From Lingula anatina (lineage: Eukaryota; Animalia; Brachiopoda): a stretch of 64,000 nucleotides of DNA. The first letter of the stretch is position 1. Every line of letters starts with the position of its first letter. Made by a program: the position numbers and the translations under genes. The notes under the pieces were generated by a model. It ran no database searches, was not told where the DNA came from, and saw nothing but the letters and a program-made list of their open reading frames with translations. The stretch lies in NCBI GenBank assembly GCA_051362555.1, contig CM120647.1, positions 19,816,651 to 19,880,650 of the forward strand. Direction: 5' to 3'. Shown here piece by piece: positions 49,935 to 64,000 of this stretch.

Positions 49935-52470
49935 TTATTATTATTCGTTTCTTTCTTTCTTTATTTTTTGTTATTATTATTTGTAAAATTTTACGTTTTT
50001 GTTAATCAACCCTCAATAGGCTGATTTGTAAATATTTGGTTTACTTCACATTTATCCTTTATCATATTTATATCGTATCAAAAAAGATTGCACATGTTAG
50101 GAAACGATTTTGTTTATTTAATAAAATAATTTCAGATAAAAACCTTTACTTCTACAGATTAACAAGCCAATAGCAGAGAAGAAGAGAAGGGCTCGTATCA
50201 ACAGCAGTCTCCTGGAGCTGAAATCTCTGCTGTTAGAAGTCGTGAGAGACGATGTAAGTTAATCTTGTTATCACCCCCCATCCACTCAATCCCAGTCACA
50301 TCCATCCACAACCACCCTCCTGCTACCCTCAAATTTGACTGCTGTCTTTAATATTCATATCAGTAAAATGTTTGTCCTTTTTAATCATATTTTGAAACAC
50401 ACCCACCAACTCACCCACCTACCCACCCAATGGCACCCATCCACCCACCAACACACCCTCCTACCAACCCATCCACCCACCAACACACCCACCTACCAAC
50501 CCATCCACCCACCAGCACACCCACCTACCAACCCATCCACCCACCTACCCACACAATGGCACCCATCCACCCACCAACACACCCTCCTACCCACCCATCC
50601 ACCCACCTACCCACACAATGGCACCCATCCACCCACCAACACACCCTCCTACCCACCCATCCACCCACCAACACACCCACCTACCCACCCATCCACCCAC
50701 CAACACACCCTCCTACCCACCCATCCACCCACCAACACACCCTCCTACCCACCCATCCACCCACCAACACACCCTCCTACCCACCCATCCACCCACCAAC
50801 ACACCCAACTACCAACCCATCCACCCACCAACACACCCACCTACCCACCCATCCACCCACCAACACACCCACCTACCAACCCATCCACCCACCAACACAC
50901 CCTCCTACCCACCCATCCACCCACCAACACACCCACCTACCAACCCATCCACCCACCAGCACACCCACCTACCCACCCATCCACCCACCTACCCACACAA
51001 TGGCACCCATCCACCCACCTACCCAGTAATTTCCACCAAAGGCCCCTTCTAACTGCTACAATTTCGGATGAAGTCTTTAATTCTCCTATTCTGTGACTGC
51101 TACAATAGCTAGAAAGGGCTCTGTTAGTCCGTAAATTTTGAAAACAGAAATTTTGCATCCTCCACTGTCTTACACAGTGCCAGCAGTTGACATTAGAAGA
51201 TTTGTATAGCACTAAGAACCGTTATAGGGGCTACCTGGACTTGTTTCAAGAAATAGCTTTAGCCCAAAGATCTGTCTAAACTTTTAGATAAAGGTCTTAG
51301 TCTTTTTTGATCAGAAATAAATGAGAAGTAGCATACATAAATACATTATTTTGCCTGTTTTTTAAACAATTTTAAAAAGACAATTGCTAACGTTTAAAAC
51401 GAATATTTACTTTTATTTAAGTGGACAATTATGGCTTTGTCTTGAAATGAAGTAGACCAATGTTTTTTAAAGGTTAGACCTATTTTTGGGCTAAAATCCT
51501 CTTGTGGAATCGGGCCGTATATGATGGCGATTTCGACGTAGTCTTTACATCAGTTGTCTGCCTGTCTAATCTGAAATACAAACTTTTTTCGACAATTTTG
51601 TTGGTAATACAGATGAGAGGAATTGTTTGCCAAGATTTTGCACTTCAATAGTCAACAAGTTCTGTTTTCATTTATTATCCCAGCTGTTGAATCTTTTTTT
51701 TTAAAGTAGTTTTGAGTCATGTGACTTATAATTTCAAATTGAACGCCGCTCCTAGTTTGATAAAGAAAAAGATTAAAAAATGATAAAATCACCGATTTTT
51801 ATCAAGTATGGTGAAAGATGTAGTGCCACCTTAGATTAAAATGTTTCAGTTGAAAAATGCCTTGGTTTATAGCATCTTCTCTACGGTCGAGACCCCCCTC
51901 CCCCCTCCCCCCCCCAGCTCCCATCTCGGGGGGGGGTGGGGGGTCCAAGGGGCGCAGTCTTGGGAAAGCAAAATATTCTACGTCGATAAAATAAGAGGAG
52001 AAAAAGGAAACTTAAATCGAATGAAAGACGGTAGCAATTTCCATTCGGCAATCGTGAATATGTTTTTTTCTTTAAAAAATGAAGGGTGTGCAAATAAAAG
52101 TAAATAGCGGCAATGTAAAGGTTGCTGAACCCGTTCCAAAATAAACATTTTACTTGGTGAACGCAAAGAGCGGAGCAAAGAGTGCATTTTGAGGTCAGTC
52201 TTAGAGAACAAATTCGAGAATGGGTGCCCATCTGTACCAAGTCTGCCCCCACCCCACTTCTCCAGCTCTGCCGTGAAAATTTCCCGCGGTATTTTATGTG
52301 TATCTATATCGCTAGAGAGCCAGAGCCTATACCGTATCCCTCGTATTCATCGCAATCAGTGGTGATTAGGCTTCAACTACAGTTATCTAGCTAGTATGGT
52401 TTTCCAAGGGGAAAATCACGGCCTGTCATTTGACCATTAGGAAACAGAACCGTGGAAAATGTTTTTTTTT

Positions 52471-52509
<39 letters not shown>

Positions 52510-55500
52510 TCACTGTTTCCCTATACATATAAAATATATTTTTACTGATCCATTTTTCGAATGTTTTCGTAACGGCTCTTTTTACATCTTTAACAACCCG
52601 GAAATCATATTAATCAACTTCGTGTTCATTATTTTATTTATTTTTTTTCACAGTTTTCACGCATGTGTTAAAACCAACAGACTGTCTTATTTCATTGTAT
52701 GGTTTGGCGCCGCTTGACACAAAGACGTCACGCCGGTAGAAATTTACAACAATAATTCATGAAAATAAAATTGGTAAAATCAACTTTTTTTCAAGAATAA
52801 GTCTGGTCGGGTCATCTGGGTCTGAAAACACAACTCTCTTTCAGATACACATCGCCGTTTCTTTCCAACAATTTCCTGGCTGGAATTCCAGTTTATGAAG
52901 ACCTTGTGAACCAACCACCCTTTTAAAATTTCACAGTCTATAAAACTCTTTTTCAAAATAGTCTGGCAGGTTATAATGTTTACCAACACTTTTTATTTTT
53001 TGTCAATTTTATTCTACATGAATTGTTTTCTATTGTGCTTAGGGTTTGCGCAACTCTCGCCTGGAGAAAGCTGACATCTTGGAAATGGCTGTCGCGCATT
53101 TGAAGAAAACGAGCAGACGTGAGAATGCGGGTAGGTATGCTTTTCATTAGTAAACATTATTTTTGGAGAAAAAGATGCGGGCATCCATTAGTGAACTTGA
53201 ACACATTGTCTACACAACACTTCGTGTCGACATTCAATCTGCCAAAGGGATCATTTTCTCGTAGGGTCATATTTTATACCAACGCCAGTCTCCGTTTCAG
53301 TGCAAATTTAACTGCGGGGTGTGGCGTAGACAACGTTTGAAAAATGAAGACGCGTTGATTCTGTTAAGGGGGCTGGAGGTGGGGGTGGGGGTGGGTGGGG
53401 GGGGGGCAAAGATAGATGTTGTTTGCCTTTCGTCGATCTCACAGTAAACTGTAGGAGAGAACAGTATGAGAACTGTATGTGAACAACAGGGTTGGGGGGG
53501 ATAGCTCGAAATTGTTTCGTTTAGCTCCTTAAACTTGATTTATTAGTACATCATGCAGAGGGGGGAGGGGGGGGGGGGGAGAACGGTCATCAGTTAATTT
53601 GTTTCAGATATGTAGAGGGGCTAATCCGACAAGGTTTAGTTATACGTGTTTAAGAAAAAGTAGACGAGGAGATGGTAAATATATTATATAGGGCACAGAG
53701 AAGAAAATGCTTCTTGATTTTGTCCTGTTTCGCTTGCAATGCTGTTATTTGGGGGATCCCTGAGGGTAAATGGTGGTGTGTGTGTGTGGGGGGGGGGGGG
53801 GGGGTCGGTGGGGAGGGGGGGGGGAGTCTATGCCCTCTGGGCCCGCCATTAGACAAGGTTTTATATTTAAAGTTAATGATATTCAACGTTGTCGGCTGAC
53901 GTAAGATGAAATTTGGCACAATCATGCTAATTGGTTCAAGAAGCTTATCAATCACCCGTCTGACACATCTCAAATTATGAATCTCTTTTTGGACTAATAA
54001 TTTCCAGTCAGTTGTTATTTAAATTTTATGTATAGAAATGCATTCATACTGTACAAAAAAAGATAATTGTGGGAATGGTCATCAAGAACATTTCTTTGTG
54101 CTTCCATCTATCGTTATTTTCCTTTCAGACTCCAACAAATAACAGTTGTATTGAGAGATAAGGGTCTATAATTAAATGATTCATAAAGTACCCGCATATG
54201 CGAGTTTTATAGTGGTACACTACCATATTATACTATTATGAATTTGTACTCAGTAACTTCAGGAAAAATTTATATCTATGCTGGCATACTACTATATATT
54301 TTGTGTGTAAGAGTTTCATAAGGGTATACTATATTGGTATCAAAATTATTTAAATTTGATGTTTTTAAAATCTTCTTTAAAAATTGATTGATCAATTTCA
54401 TGTGTGTACAATTTAAAAGAAAACGTTATATTGATCAAAAAATTAAACTTAAATTTAATTTCAATGTTGGCAATACTATTGCATTGGGCTCTGACGGGTA
54501 GCATGACAATTACAATGTGCGGAATATGTCATTTAGCAGAGAGAGTCCAGATATTCATTAGCTTGGCTTAGACAGACATTGCATTTTTTTCGGCAGACAA
54601 TTCTTCGTTTAATCTACGTTTTATCTCTTTTGTCACAGTCAGTAAAAAATAAATAATTCCCATATCCTTTACATCCCTAAGAAAAGAAAAGGGGGAGGGG
54701 GGAAAATAATAAAACTGCCTTACCACTACCTTGCTTACATAAGCACACATGTTCACACGCGGGCGCGCGCGCACTCGCTCACATATACTCTGACACTCTT
54801 GCCTTAACTCTGAGAGATGCCCTGAATTCTTAAGCCCCCCACCCCGCCATTTCGATCCTCTTTCTCTTTTGACTCTGCCCGTTAAGCTAACAACCCATAT
54901 CGTGATCGGGCTCGTTCCAATAAAACAGGGACATTATTTAAGTCCGTTTTGCTATTTCTACAGTCCAAATTGACCCGCATGGTAATATCAAATGTCCGAC
55001 ACAAGAAATGCCGGGGTGTAGTTTCACGGATCACTCTATCCGCCAAGTGCACTGTGCGGTTCAGTGAACAGGTTAAGATGTCTAAACAGCCTGTTTCTTT
55101 GCATTTTTTTTTTTGAAACGAGAAGTCATTGGACTTTCTTGAGGAGGATGAGGTTTAAAGCTAAGATAATGAAAAGACGCGGAAAAGTTATGTTCATCCA
55201 CCTCCCCTCTCCGATACGAATTTCAGTTTGGACAAATGCAAGATGTCTCTCGGGTCGTCTTCAGGCTCTTAAGGAGAGTGGGGTGTCGGGGGGGGGGGGG
55301 GGGGGGGGGGGGGCGTAAGAACTCTTTTGTCCGTTAAAGATGTATTTTGATTCACTGTATGATCGAAGTTCTCTGCCATTTCTCAAGTTGGAATAACTAA
55401 AAAGGAGGGGGGGGATTCCACTTATTTTTCAGAAAAAAACCCTCTTTAAAATTGCTGGCCACATGTCTGTCTACATATTAATTGTTCAATTGAAGAGTTC

Positions 55501-56394
55501 ACGTATTGCTTTGTTGAACCCAAAAACTTTGTGTATTTCAGCACAGGGTTTTTCAATTTTTGAAGAAACTTACTTTGGTAAATCACTCGCTATTTTAATA
55601 ATCTGTGAGCGTTAAAGTTAACCTTTTATAGATACATATTCGGCCCCGTCTCGATTGTAATCATAAAACCGCTGGGTTAAGCAGGTGTGCATTTTTGTGT
55701 GGTGTTGTTCGCCCACAAAAGAATAATTTACCCTCTGACAAATGAGCGTGCGACCAAGGGATCGAGTTAGCTTAGATCTCTGTTAAATAATTGCTCGGGC
55801 CGTTTATTTGCTGAAACGATCTGTTTGTCAGTAATTTTGCCGTATCCGCACGCACGCTTTAACGTGAAAATGAGGAGAGCGAAAATTGTACGTTGTCGAA
55901 ATGTAATTTGCCTTCTGATTTTATAAAGACTTAATTCGCGTTGTCTGTGTGAAAGCACCACGCTGTAGGCGTGCTACGAATACAGGAAGACCATTGTTAA
56001 GATTTTAATAACTCAAATTTAAATTTTCACACGAACTTCTTTAGTGTCAAATGTCTTAGTGTGAAATGCATCTGTGCTTTATAATAACAATAATAATAAT
56101 AATAATAATAATAATAATTATAATAATCATAATCATAATAATAATAATAATAATATTTTATACTCTGTTGTTTGTCTTAAAAGCCAATAAAATTAGCTAA
56201 AATCAGCGAAGAAATATATCTGTAGCCGGGTAGCTACTCCATCTAATGCACAAAAGAAATGAGTAGGCTATAAAATGCTTTATAACATAAGAACCTGCAA
56301 CACTTAACCGCCCCCGCTCCCCCTCCCCCCCCCCCAAAAAAAAAGGATTATTAAAATTTAAAAAAAAATCAAAGTAAAGCGTGGGAAGTTTCTT

Positions 56395-56451
<57 letters not shown>

Positions 56452-57142
56452 GAAAAGAAAAAAAAAAAATCTGTGCATGAAATTATTATTACGCGTTTAT
56501 CGATTTATTCATTTGTTTTGAACGTAAACTCTCAGTATATCTAAGAAATATCTCTTCATTTTTCCAGGCGGTATTACCCAGCCTACGGATAGCAGCGACC
56601 AGTTCCGGGCAGGCTACGTGGACTGTACAGCAGAGATCACACGCTTCCTCAGTACCACTAAGGACTCCGGGGGAGGACTGCGCGAGGCGTTGTTCCAGCA
56701 CCTTGCCAAGTCCATAGCGACGCTACCGAGAAATCCCACGAGAAACAACGAGAACATTAACTACAGGCTGGGAGAGCGTTTTCAACACGAAACGCCAAAT
56801 TATGGACCCATGATGGTGGGCACTTCCCAAAATGGTTGCAACCCCGTGGGCGTCAACTGTCCGTGCCTGTGTGCGCATGCGCAGTTTCAAAATGTTGGAA
56901 CATATGCGTGTTTCGACAACCACAGCGCTATCCCAATGCAAGTGCAAAGACGATCTTACCCAATCCCCCGCCATCAGTTTCCTCTTTTATCAGGAATCGC
57001 TTCTGACGGCTTGGAAAGTGGCATTGAATGTCACGTTAAAAGGGACGCCTCAAACGAGAACTTTAATTTTCATAACGAGGCTGTGTCTCCGAGAGGAAAT
57101 TGTATTGGCAGAAACCACACAAGGCACTGGCGGCCATGGTAA
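49798..57142 (+). CDS. Hairy/Enhancer-of-split (HES) bHLH-Orange-WRPW repressor, ~269 aa (exons 49798-49848, 50158-50253, 53043-53130, 56568-57142)
   Basis: HRK|INKPIAEKKRRARINSSLLELKSLL, LEKADILEMAVAHLK, Orange domain FRAGYVDCTAEITRFL, C-terminal WRPW. Internal exons of 96 and 88 nt, as I recall for HES1-type genes. Confidence 0.95.
50398..51025. repeat. C/A-rich minisatellite (~32 bp unit) in HES intron 2
   Basis: Repeated cacccatccacccaccaacacaccc(t/a)cctac. Confidence 0.92.
51235..51517. mobile_element. Degenerate MITE in HES intron 2
   Basis: tttagcccaaa..gtctaa mirrored by ttagacc..tttgggctaaa. Confidence 0.45.
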
Positions 57143-59212
57143 AAATTGCGCGTGCGCAAGGCTTTTATTGATCGTTTGAAATACACGTGCGGGGAATTAT
57201 TATGCGCGTTGGTTTTCGCACTGATATTCTTCTTCGTCACTCTTAAATTGAGAGAGAGAGGAATGAAAGACATTTCTAATCTGAAAAGTCTGTGTAGGCT
57301 AATGTACAGGCGTAGATCTAGGTCTTTTTTTTTTTTTGTATTTAAGAGACTCTTTGCATCTCTGACATGATGCAAAACTTTACATTTATGGGATATACAC
57401 GGAATACGCCATTGTAAATCTCAATTCAAAATATATTAACCTGCAGATATGAAAACAAATGCATATATTATACAATAATGGATTAATGCACCTACATCGC
57501 TTTCGATACACGTGAAATAACATTATCAGTATATTATCATATATTGCTTGAATTGACAATAAATAAGTTTTGAAACATGTTTTTCGCTTTGATTACTTTA
57601 AATGTCTAAATGGATAATATAAGAAATTAACTTAGAATAACTGTACAGCAAACCGAATAACATGCGCCACTTAAAGTGAAAAAAGTTTTGATTAAGAAGA
57701 ACGACACTTAAAATAACTATGAGTCTATGGTGATCAAAAAATTTGTATAGATTTAAAAAAATGTGTAATACAAGGCCCGTATGTTTGAGTTTAAAAAATT
57801 TCTTACTATTGACCAAAGGCATTTCTAGAGCGAAGTAAAACAAAAACTGAAAAGCCGCAACAGATCTCATTCAAAGAAAGCATCAGTACTGAATTTCCAG
57901 AAACATAACTGATTAAAAAAGATATTTTCACTGTCATAAAACTCATTGTTATGGTTTAGATGTGATTTAACATTTCTTTTACCTTTTTCTTCCTCTTTAT
58001 GATTTAAGGAGCTTTAACATTAATGAAAAGACACTTTACGAAATATTGCCACATTCTATGCAAAGTACGACTCAAAATACGGCGATAATCTAGCAGAGTC
58101 TCAAAGATCCAAAACATTTTAAAGCGCCAAGAAATATTCCATTATCATCCCCACCTGTCCCTGGGACAGTGACGAATCTCTCGTGACTTCAAATTAATTA
58201 TGTCAACCGCTGGTGGTTGGGAAGCGTCCCACTGGGTCTCGACATCTCTCCAATAGCGGTTAATAAGGCCTCGGAACACACTTTAATAAAGTTGGCGCTT
58301 TAATATACAGACGCGGAGTTGATCTTTGAAATGTAGGAATTCAACGGGAGCTAATCACGCGTGCACTGGACATCAAGTGTGGGTTGAGAGAGGGTTATAA
58401 TATGTTTGATTAATCTTTTTTGTTTTCTGATCGAGTTCCCACGTGAAGAAAAGTATGGGGGCAGCCTTTAGTTTTTTTAGGATTGTGTATGTGTGTGTGT
58501 GGGGGGGGGGGGGGAGTTTTAGAAGGTCTGGCACATCATAGAAAATTGTCTAAAATGATACCGTGAAACACATTTCCTAATGTGGTTATTTATTTATTCA
58601 TTTTACTTTGTTTGTTCATTTTGTTTCATTTCTTGATATCTTAATTCCTATTTTAAATGTTCACATTTATCTATCTATCTCTTATGTAAGCTGAATCCTT
58701 TCTTTATAAAATTGTTTGCACAATTATTTATTGATCACAGTTGTCACAAACTACAAAGGCTAAAGAAACTCTTTTCTAGTGAGATTATGCGACCAAAATT
58801 CCTTTGACTGCGTCCCTCTTCCCGTCTTTATACAGCTGCTCATGATGTCTCAGTGAAAACGTACATTTGAATCAATTATTAACGTATCAATTTGTATTAG
58901 AATAAATCACAGAGGTCAATTGTGTGTGTGCGACGAACAAATTTCAATGGGTGACATTTTCTTTCATTTCTACTTTTAATTCTTTTGCACCTGGGGATAA
59001 GACTTACATTTCAAATAATGAAAAGGAATAGCTTTTTTTTTAAGAATTGAATTTTGTTTTTCATTTCTACTGATCTTATTAGACATCTATAACCTATTAA
59101 TCATACTTTGGTATCAAGGGCTTTCTTCTAGAGCCTTCAATGAAAATATCTAGCACTGTGGCCATTGCTCTTTGTATATTACTGGGCGAGTTCTCAGTGC
59201 TGTGTGTGTGTG

Positions 59213-59263
<51 letters not shown>

Positions 59264-59267
59264 AGAT

Positions 59268-59309
<42 letters not shown>

Positions 59310-60517
59310 AGATAATTGATATGGTCACTATTTCTTGTAAATACCTTTAAAGAGCAGATGAAACTTTTGTTAAATATTAATCAATATTCGAAAACCTGTA
59401 CTCTGAGCAATGGCACATTTTTTAAAGAAAAAAATGCTACAAAACAAGATTTAATAACCTAATAAATGTATAGAATAAGTCCCCTCTTTTTCAAAATTAA
59501 ATCTCGTCACACACATTTCAACGCGAGTATTACGTTACACAAACCAAGCTCAGAGAGTGAAAAAAAAAGTCCACCCCTGCGTCGGGTCCGTTGAAACCCA
59601 ACCCGCCAAGCGACGCGTTTGCGTCCTATAGGTGACAACAATAATTGTCCCTGCCACCGCGTTCCATTACGCGGCCATTGTGTTCCTTTCCCCCGTCAGA
59701 CAGATGGGACGAGAAGTAATAAATTCCGACAAACAGACACAATTTCTCGTGAAATAGTTGTAAGCAATATCATGGCGTCGTTGCTCGAGGGTTGTAATGT
59801 ATACTACACATTACTGAGCGATCTGCTATAATAAAGATGTTACGTTTTTAATAGCAGCGAGAGAGGCCTTGTTTAGCGGTGTCTGCTTTCGGAAAGAGGA
59901 TATTTGATCTGTTGATTTCAGCTGTGATATGAGAGGCTTTTTCCCCCACAATTTTTGATTAAACTGGTTTATTGAATGTCGTTTCTTTTTATTAAAATAA
60001 TATCAAAAAATACATTTTTTTATGGATGCGACCCCTTATTTATTAATTTTATGAATGAATAATTTTTACTTTTTATTTATTAATTATTATATTTTTAAAA
60101 TTCTTATTAATTTTTATGATTTTAATGATAATAATCACTTACTTTGGAGAAAAAAAATTACGTGAGACGGCTACGTTTCGCTCTGCTTATTTCTTTATTA
60201 TAAAATGCTTATTTGTTTGCTATAAATGCCAATTTTAATACTGCAGAGAGACAACATAAAGCATCTATCTAGTCTTTATAATAGTTAGGCGTGAAACTGG
60301 TGATAGATTTATTCAATATGAAGAACTTAATTCAAATTTGTTAAATTTATGAAAATTACTACGAGTGTTATTGAGTGCCACGTTCTAGTTTTAACTGAAA
60401 ACATTTGTTGCAAATTCTTTGCATAGGAAATTGGTTGTACATTCGAATACGTAAACTTGTTACACAGACCTTGTACATTAACCTATAACTGTTCTGAAGA
60501 GGGCTTGTTTGAGACTC

Positions 60518-60757
60518 TTATTACCTCCGCCAAGGAGGTTATGTTTTCACCCCTGTCTGTCTGTTTGTTTGTCATCAACATAAATCCAAAAGTTATGGAC
60601 CAATTTTGATGAAATTTTCAGGGTAGGTCGAACATGGGTTAACTTAGAAGTGATAAGTTTTTGGTGGTGATCCGGATCAATAATAAAAAAATAATCAATA
60701 TTAATCAAAAATCGCTGCCTTGGCGAAGGTCTGCGCTCTCGGAGTGCTTTTCTAGTT
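60518..60757 (+). mobile_element. Non-autonomous Helentron/HINE-type element, copy 1
   Basis: TTATTACCTCCGCCAAGG 5' subTIR, GTCT microsatellite, CCTTGG 3' subTIR, hairpin GCGCTCTCGGAGTGC, CTAGTT end. Confidence 0.8.
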
Positions 60758-60911
60758 ATACTTTTTTTTAAATATATTTTGTTAATTTATCGTTTAAATT
60801 CATAACAGCAAACTGTGGGTGTGTGTCTGAAAACGAAACGAGTATTGTGAGTGATAACTACAACATGGTGTCGATAGGTAGTATTAAAATGTTAATTTAG
60901 AATGGCAAAAA

Positions 60912-60970
<59 letters not shown>

Positions 60971-62030
60971 ATTAATGAATTAATTAAATAATTAAGCAGG
61001 CCATGCCTACTTGTTTCTTCAAAACAACTGATGTGATCAGCGTTAATTGTCCACCACTGTTTCCTTGTCTATCTATCAGGCAGACTCCCTGATGAATGTG
61101 ACTTGATCTACACTGAGATACAATTCTGATCTTAGTTGATTAAAAAAAAAAAAAAAAAAAACAAGTACAGTAACTATTTTGATAAAACAGATGATCTTTT
61201 AGGTCCTACAGTTTTAACTTAAGTCTTTAAGAATTCCGAGCTCAAGGAAACCTATGGTACAGAGAAAAAAGTAATAAAACAGTTGTAGGATAGAAGACAA
61301 CCCGGTAAAATTTTGCAATTCTATTCACCTGTGGTACAAACAGTTTATTCACCTAACCGATTATTTGTAAAATGCATGTACTTGATTGCACTATGAAAGA
61401 CTACATAGCTAAGATAGCACACCTAGCACAATGGGCGCAATTTAGCCGTCACAACCCAACACATTTCCCAGGTGGCAGCACATTCCAAGACACGAGTGCC
61501 GTCATTGGCGTTTGATATCAACAAAACTGTCATGATGAAAACAGTTCTCTGCAAAAAAGATTATAAGAACTCTTGTCCCTTTACTTACTGGAGTTTGTAA
61601 GTAACGGTAAGTATACATAGTGTAGATAATCAGAGAGACCCACCGTATGTTTTAAAGTTATTATGTATTTATTTATTATTTATTATTATCATTATTTTTA
61701 TTATTTTACAAATTTATTAAACGCTAAAGCTCAACCGGAAAAGTGCAACAACAACAAAGCGCAACTGTTTTACACGGATAAATGACCAATAATGTTTTAA
61801 AGGTCGTTAGTCCCCGTATTTTCATGTTAATGTGAAGTTGGTAGGAAAGTAAGTGTGTAAGCTGCTAATTGTAGTAAAGTTGGAGCGTTTTGGTGGATTT
61901 CACATGGTTTATTACATGTTAACGATGCTGATACATGTAAATTTTATTTTTAGTGTCCAAGATAGGTAGACTCTACTGCCCGAGTGGCGTAAACTGCCAA
62001 AACGATAAAGTTTCCATCGTGCACATCGTT

Positions 62031-62068
<38 letters not shown>

Positions 62069-62444
62069 CGAAAGAATCACCCCTTTTGCTGGGAAAAGGT
62101 CCACTCTGAGTAAAATTTGATCTAGGTACATGAAGTTTTTATGGAAAAAGGTCCACTTTTTCAGAAAACGAACCCCCCTTTTGAAATTGCTGGCTACGGG
62201 CCTGGTGCATCAGGCATATATCAGACAGACAAATGGATGCTTTATACTTGTTTGCACGATAAGAAAGTGGTTATACTCCTTCTTGATGTGTGCCACATTT
62301 AACTTATTTTTACAGCAAGAGCAAGACGTAGAAAGTGTCATATCTTGTCCAAAATTGACCCCATTATGCTATTTTTTTGTCATTTTTAACACCAAAACCT
62401 AAAGCTGAACTGCTGAACCAATCTTGTAAATGTTATATCTATCT

Positions 62445-62752
62445 TTATTACTGCCGCCAAAGAGGTCATGTTTTTGGTTCTGTTAGTTTGTCTGTCTGTC
62501 TATCTGTCTGTCTGTCTGTCTGTTAGCAACATGACAGAAAAAGTTATGGAACGAATTTGATAAAAGCAACTGTCAGAAGTGGACCAAGGAACAGATGATT
62601 AGTTTTTGGTGGTGACCCGGATCAATAATCAATCATCATCAAAAATAAAAAAACTAAATCATTATAGAATGAAAATTTAGCGTTAAAACAGCATTGGGTG
62701 GAGACTTTGCAGCCTTGGTGGAGGTCTGCCCTCTCGGAGTGCTTTTCTAGTT
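62445..62752 (+). mobile_element. Non-autonomous Helentron/HINE-type element, copy 2
   Basis: Same layout as 60518-60757: ttattactgccgccaa..(gtct)n..ccttggtggaggtctgccctctcggagtgcttttctagtt. Confidence 0.8.
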
Positions 62753-64000
62753 TATATATTACTTCTATCACAATCAGCAAGGCAAAGGTTAATTTACTTG
62801 ATGTCTTTCTGTTTTCTTCTCTGCTTGCAATTAAAAAATCTGACCTTATTGCATCACACATTCTATGAAGATTCAGAAATTTCAGAATGAATTCCTGTTG
62901 CCTTTAAATTAAAGTACATAAGTATATTTCAGTAACATATTAGAAAAAAAAATGCCTATTTTGAGTACTGCAATTTTGGCAGCCTTAGTGAAATGCTAGA
63001 TCTCCAGTGCAAATCAGTTCAAATAGATTAAGCAGCACTCCATTTATTTTCAATACACCTCCTTTTCATAAGGAGCAGTGCTATAAACACATTAACGTTT
63101 TATGTATGTCCCATTTGAAATCTGAAGTGAATACAAATAACCCGTAACAACCCCGGATTGTTTTACACCTCACCCTTCTGTTACCCCCCTCTTAAACTTT
63201 GGACTAATGTTTCAGTTGAAATGAACTCTCACACTTAGCTCTTGCTGCTTTTTTTCTTCAGGGGGAAGGGGGGGGGGGGCTGAAACTGCTGAGAGAAAAG
63301 TCCAAACACAGGTGCAGTATGGTGGTATGATTTACTGAAAGGCGGTCTTGAATTACTGTGCTCTGAACTTTAATCCCGTTTCATTTGAAGTTCTATTGTC
63401 GCAGTGTTATAATTCTAAATACGAGTAATTCACCCCGCACACAATGGCACACGACGGCCATGTTTACTAACACAACACCATCTTAGGCTCTCAGTTGAAG
63501 ATTATTACTGTGCCCCACATCATGTTTTATTGTATTTGCCTGGCAACTCTCGAGTTTATCACTGTTTGTGACTGATATTCCAGGAAGTGCTAGTTGTCAA
63601 ATTTAAGGACACTCCACTTAACGCCCTGTCTAGACCCTTAGCTGAAGAGGAGTACCTTTTTTATTGAACAGAGTTAAAGGTGAGAAGTAGAATGGCACTT
63701 GTGGAATAGACCTAAGTTATTTACACTCCACTGGTAAGTTGGAATGAATGAATGAATGAATGAATTTGGTGATAGATGTATGTATAGGTTCTACTACGAA
63801 CTTGTGTTAATCTTTTTCTTTTCTTTTTATTATTTATTTATTATATTTTATTTTATTTTTTTGGAAAAGTAGTGTTAACCATGGAGTAGTTTTTTTGAAG
63901 TCAGTATAAAATTTTACCAGGCCATGATTATCCTAGATCAAGCAGCTCCACCTGGCTATAGACGCTCGTCCTTTAAATAGATAAAAGATCAAGAAGTCTT

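Noticed and set aside
50335-51096. Long Pro/Thr/His-rich ORFs in all three + frames
   Set aside because: By-product of a stop-free C/A minisatellite inside a HES intron.
57961-58016. K-box (TGTGAT) and Brd-box (AGCTTTA) like motifs after the HES gene
   Set aside because: They lie beyond the first AATAAA (~57558), and such short motifs are expected by chance in AT-rich DNA.
60494-60520. CTGAAGA motif as a possible hammerhead
   Set aside because: No stem II followed by GAAA.

Overview
AT-rich, intron-containing animal DNA, probably from a marine invertebrate (phylum not determinable from the sequence). The ORF track shows only exon fragments, so gene models were assembled by hand from splice sites and reading phase. 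Bases 1-25.7 kb hold a minus-strand tandem cluster of Ly6/uPAR-like (three-finger, Quiver/Sleepless-type) genes. Two encode signal peptide + 10-Cys LU domain + single TM + cytoplasmic TIR domain. Two encode signal peptide + two LU domains + Thr-rich mucin stalk + GPI-type C-terminus. A fifth member probably starts just left of the window. The LU-TM-TIR architecture, clustered with GPI-anchored non-signalling paralogs, is the main candidate for an undescribed receptor system. Further right are a 5'-truncated L2/CR1-group LINE, bystin (BYSL) head-to-head with an SDR16C-type dehydrogenase, a bacterial-like sulfotransferase, an ~800 bp tandem duplication with tRNA-like elements, and a Hairy/E(spl) bHLH-Orange-WRPW gene. 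MITEs and two Helentron-type elements are scattered throughout.
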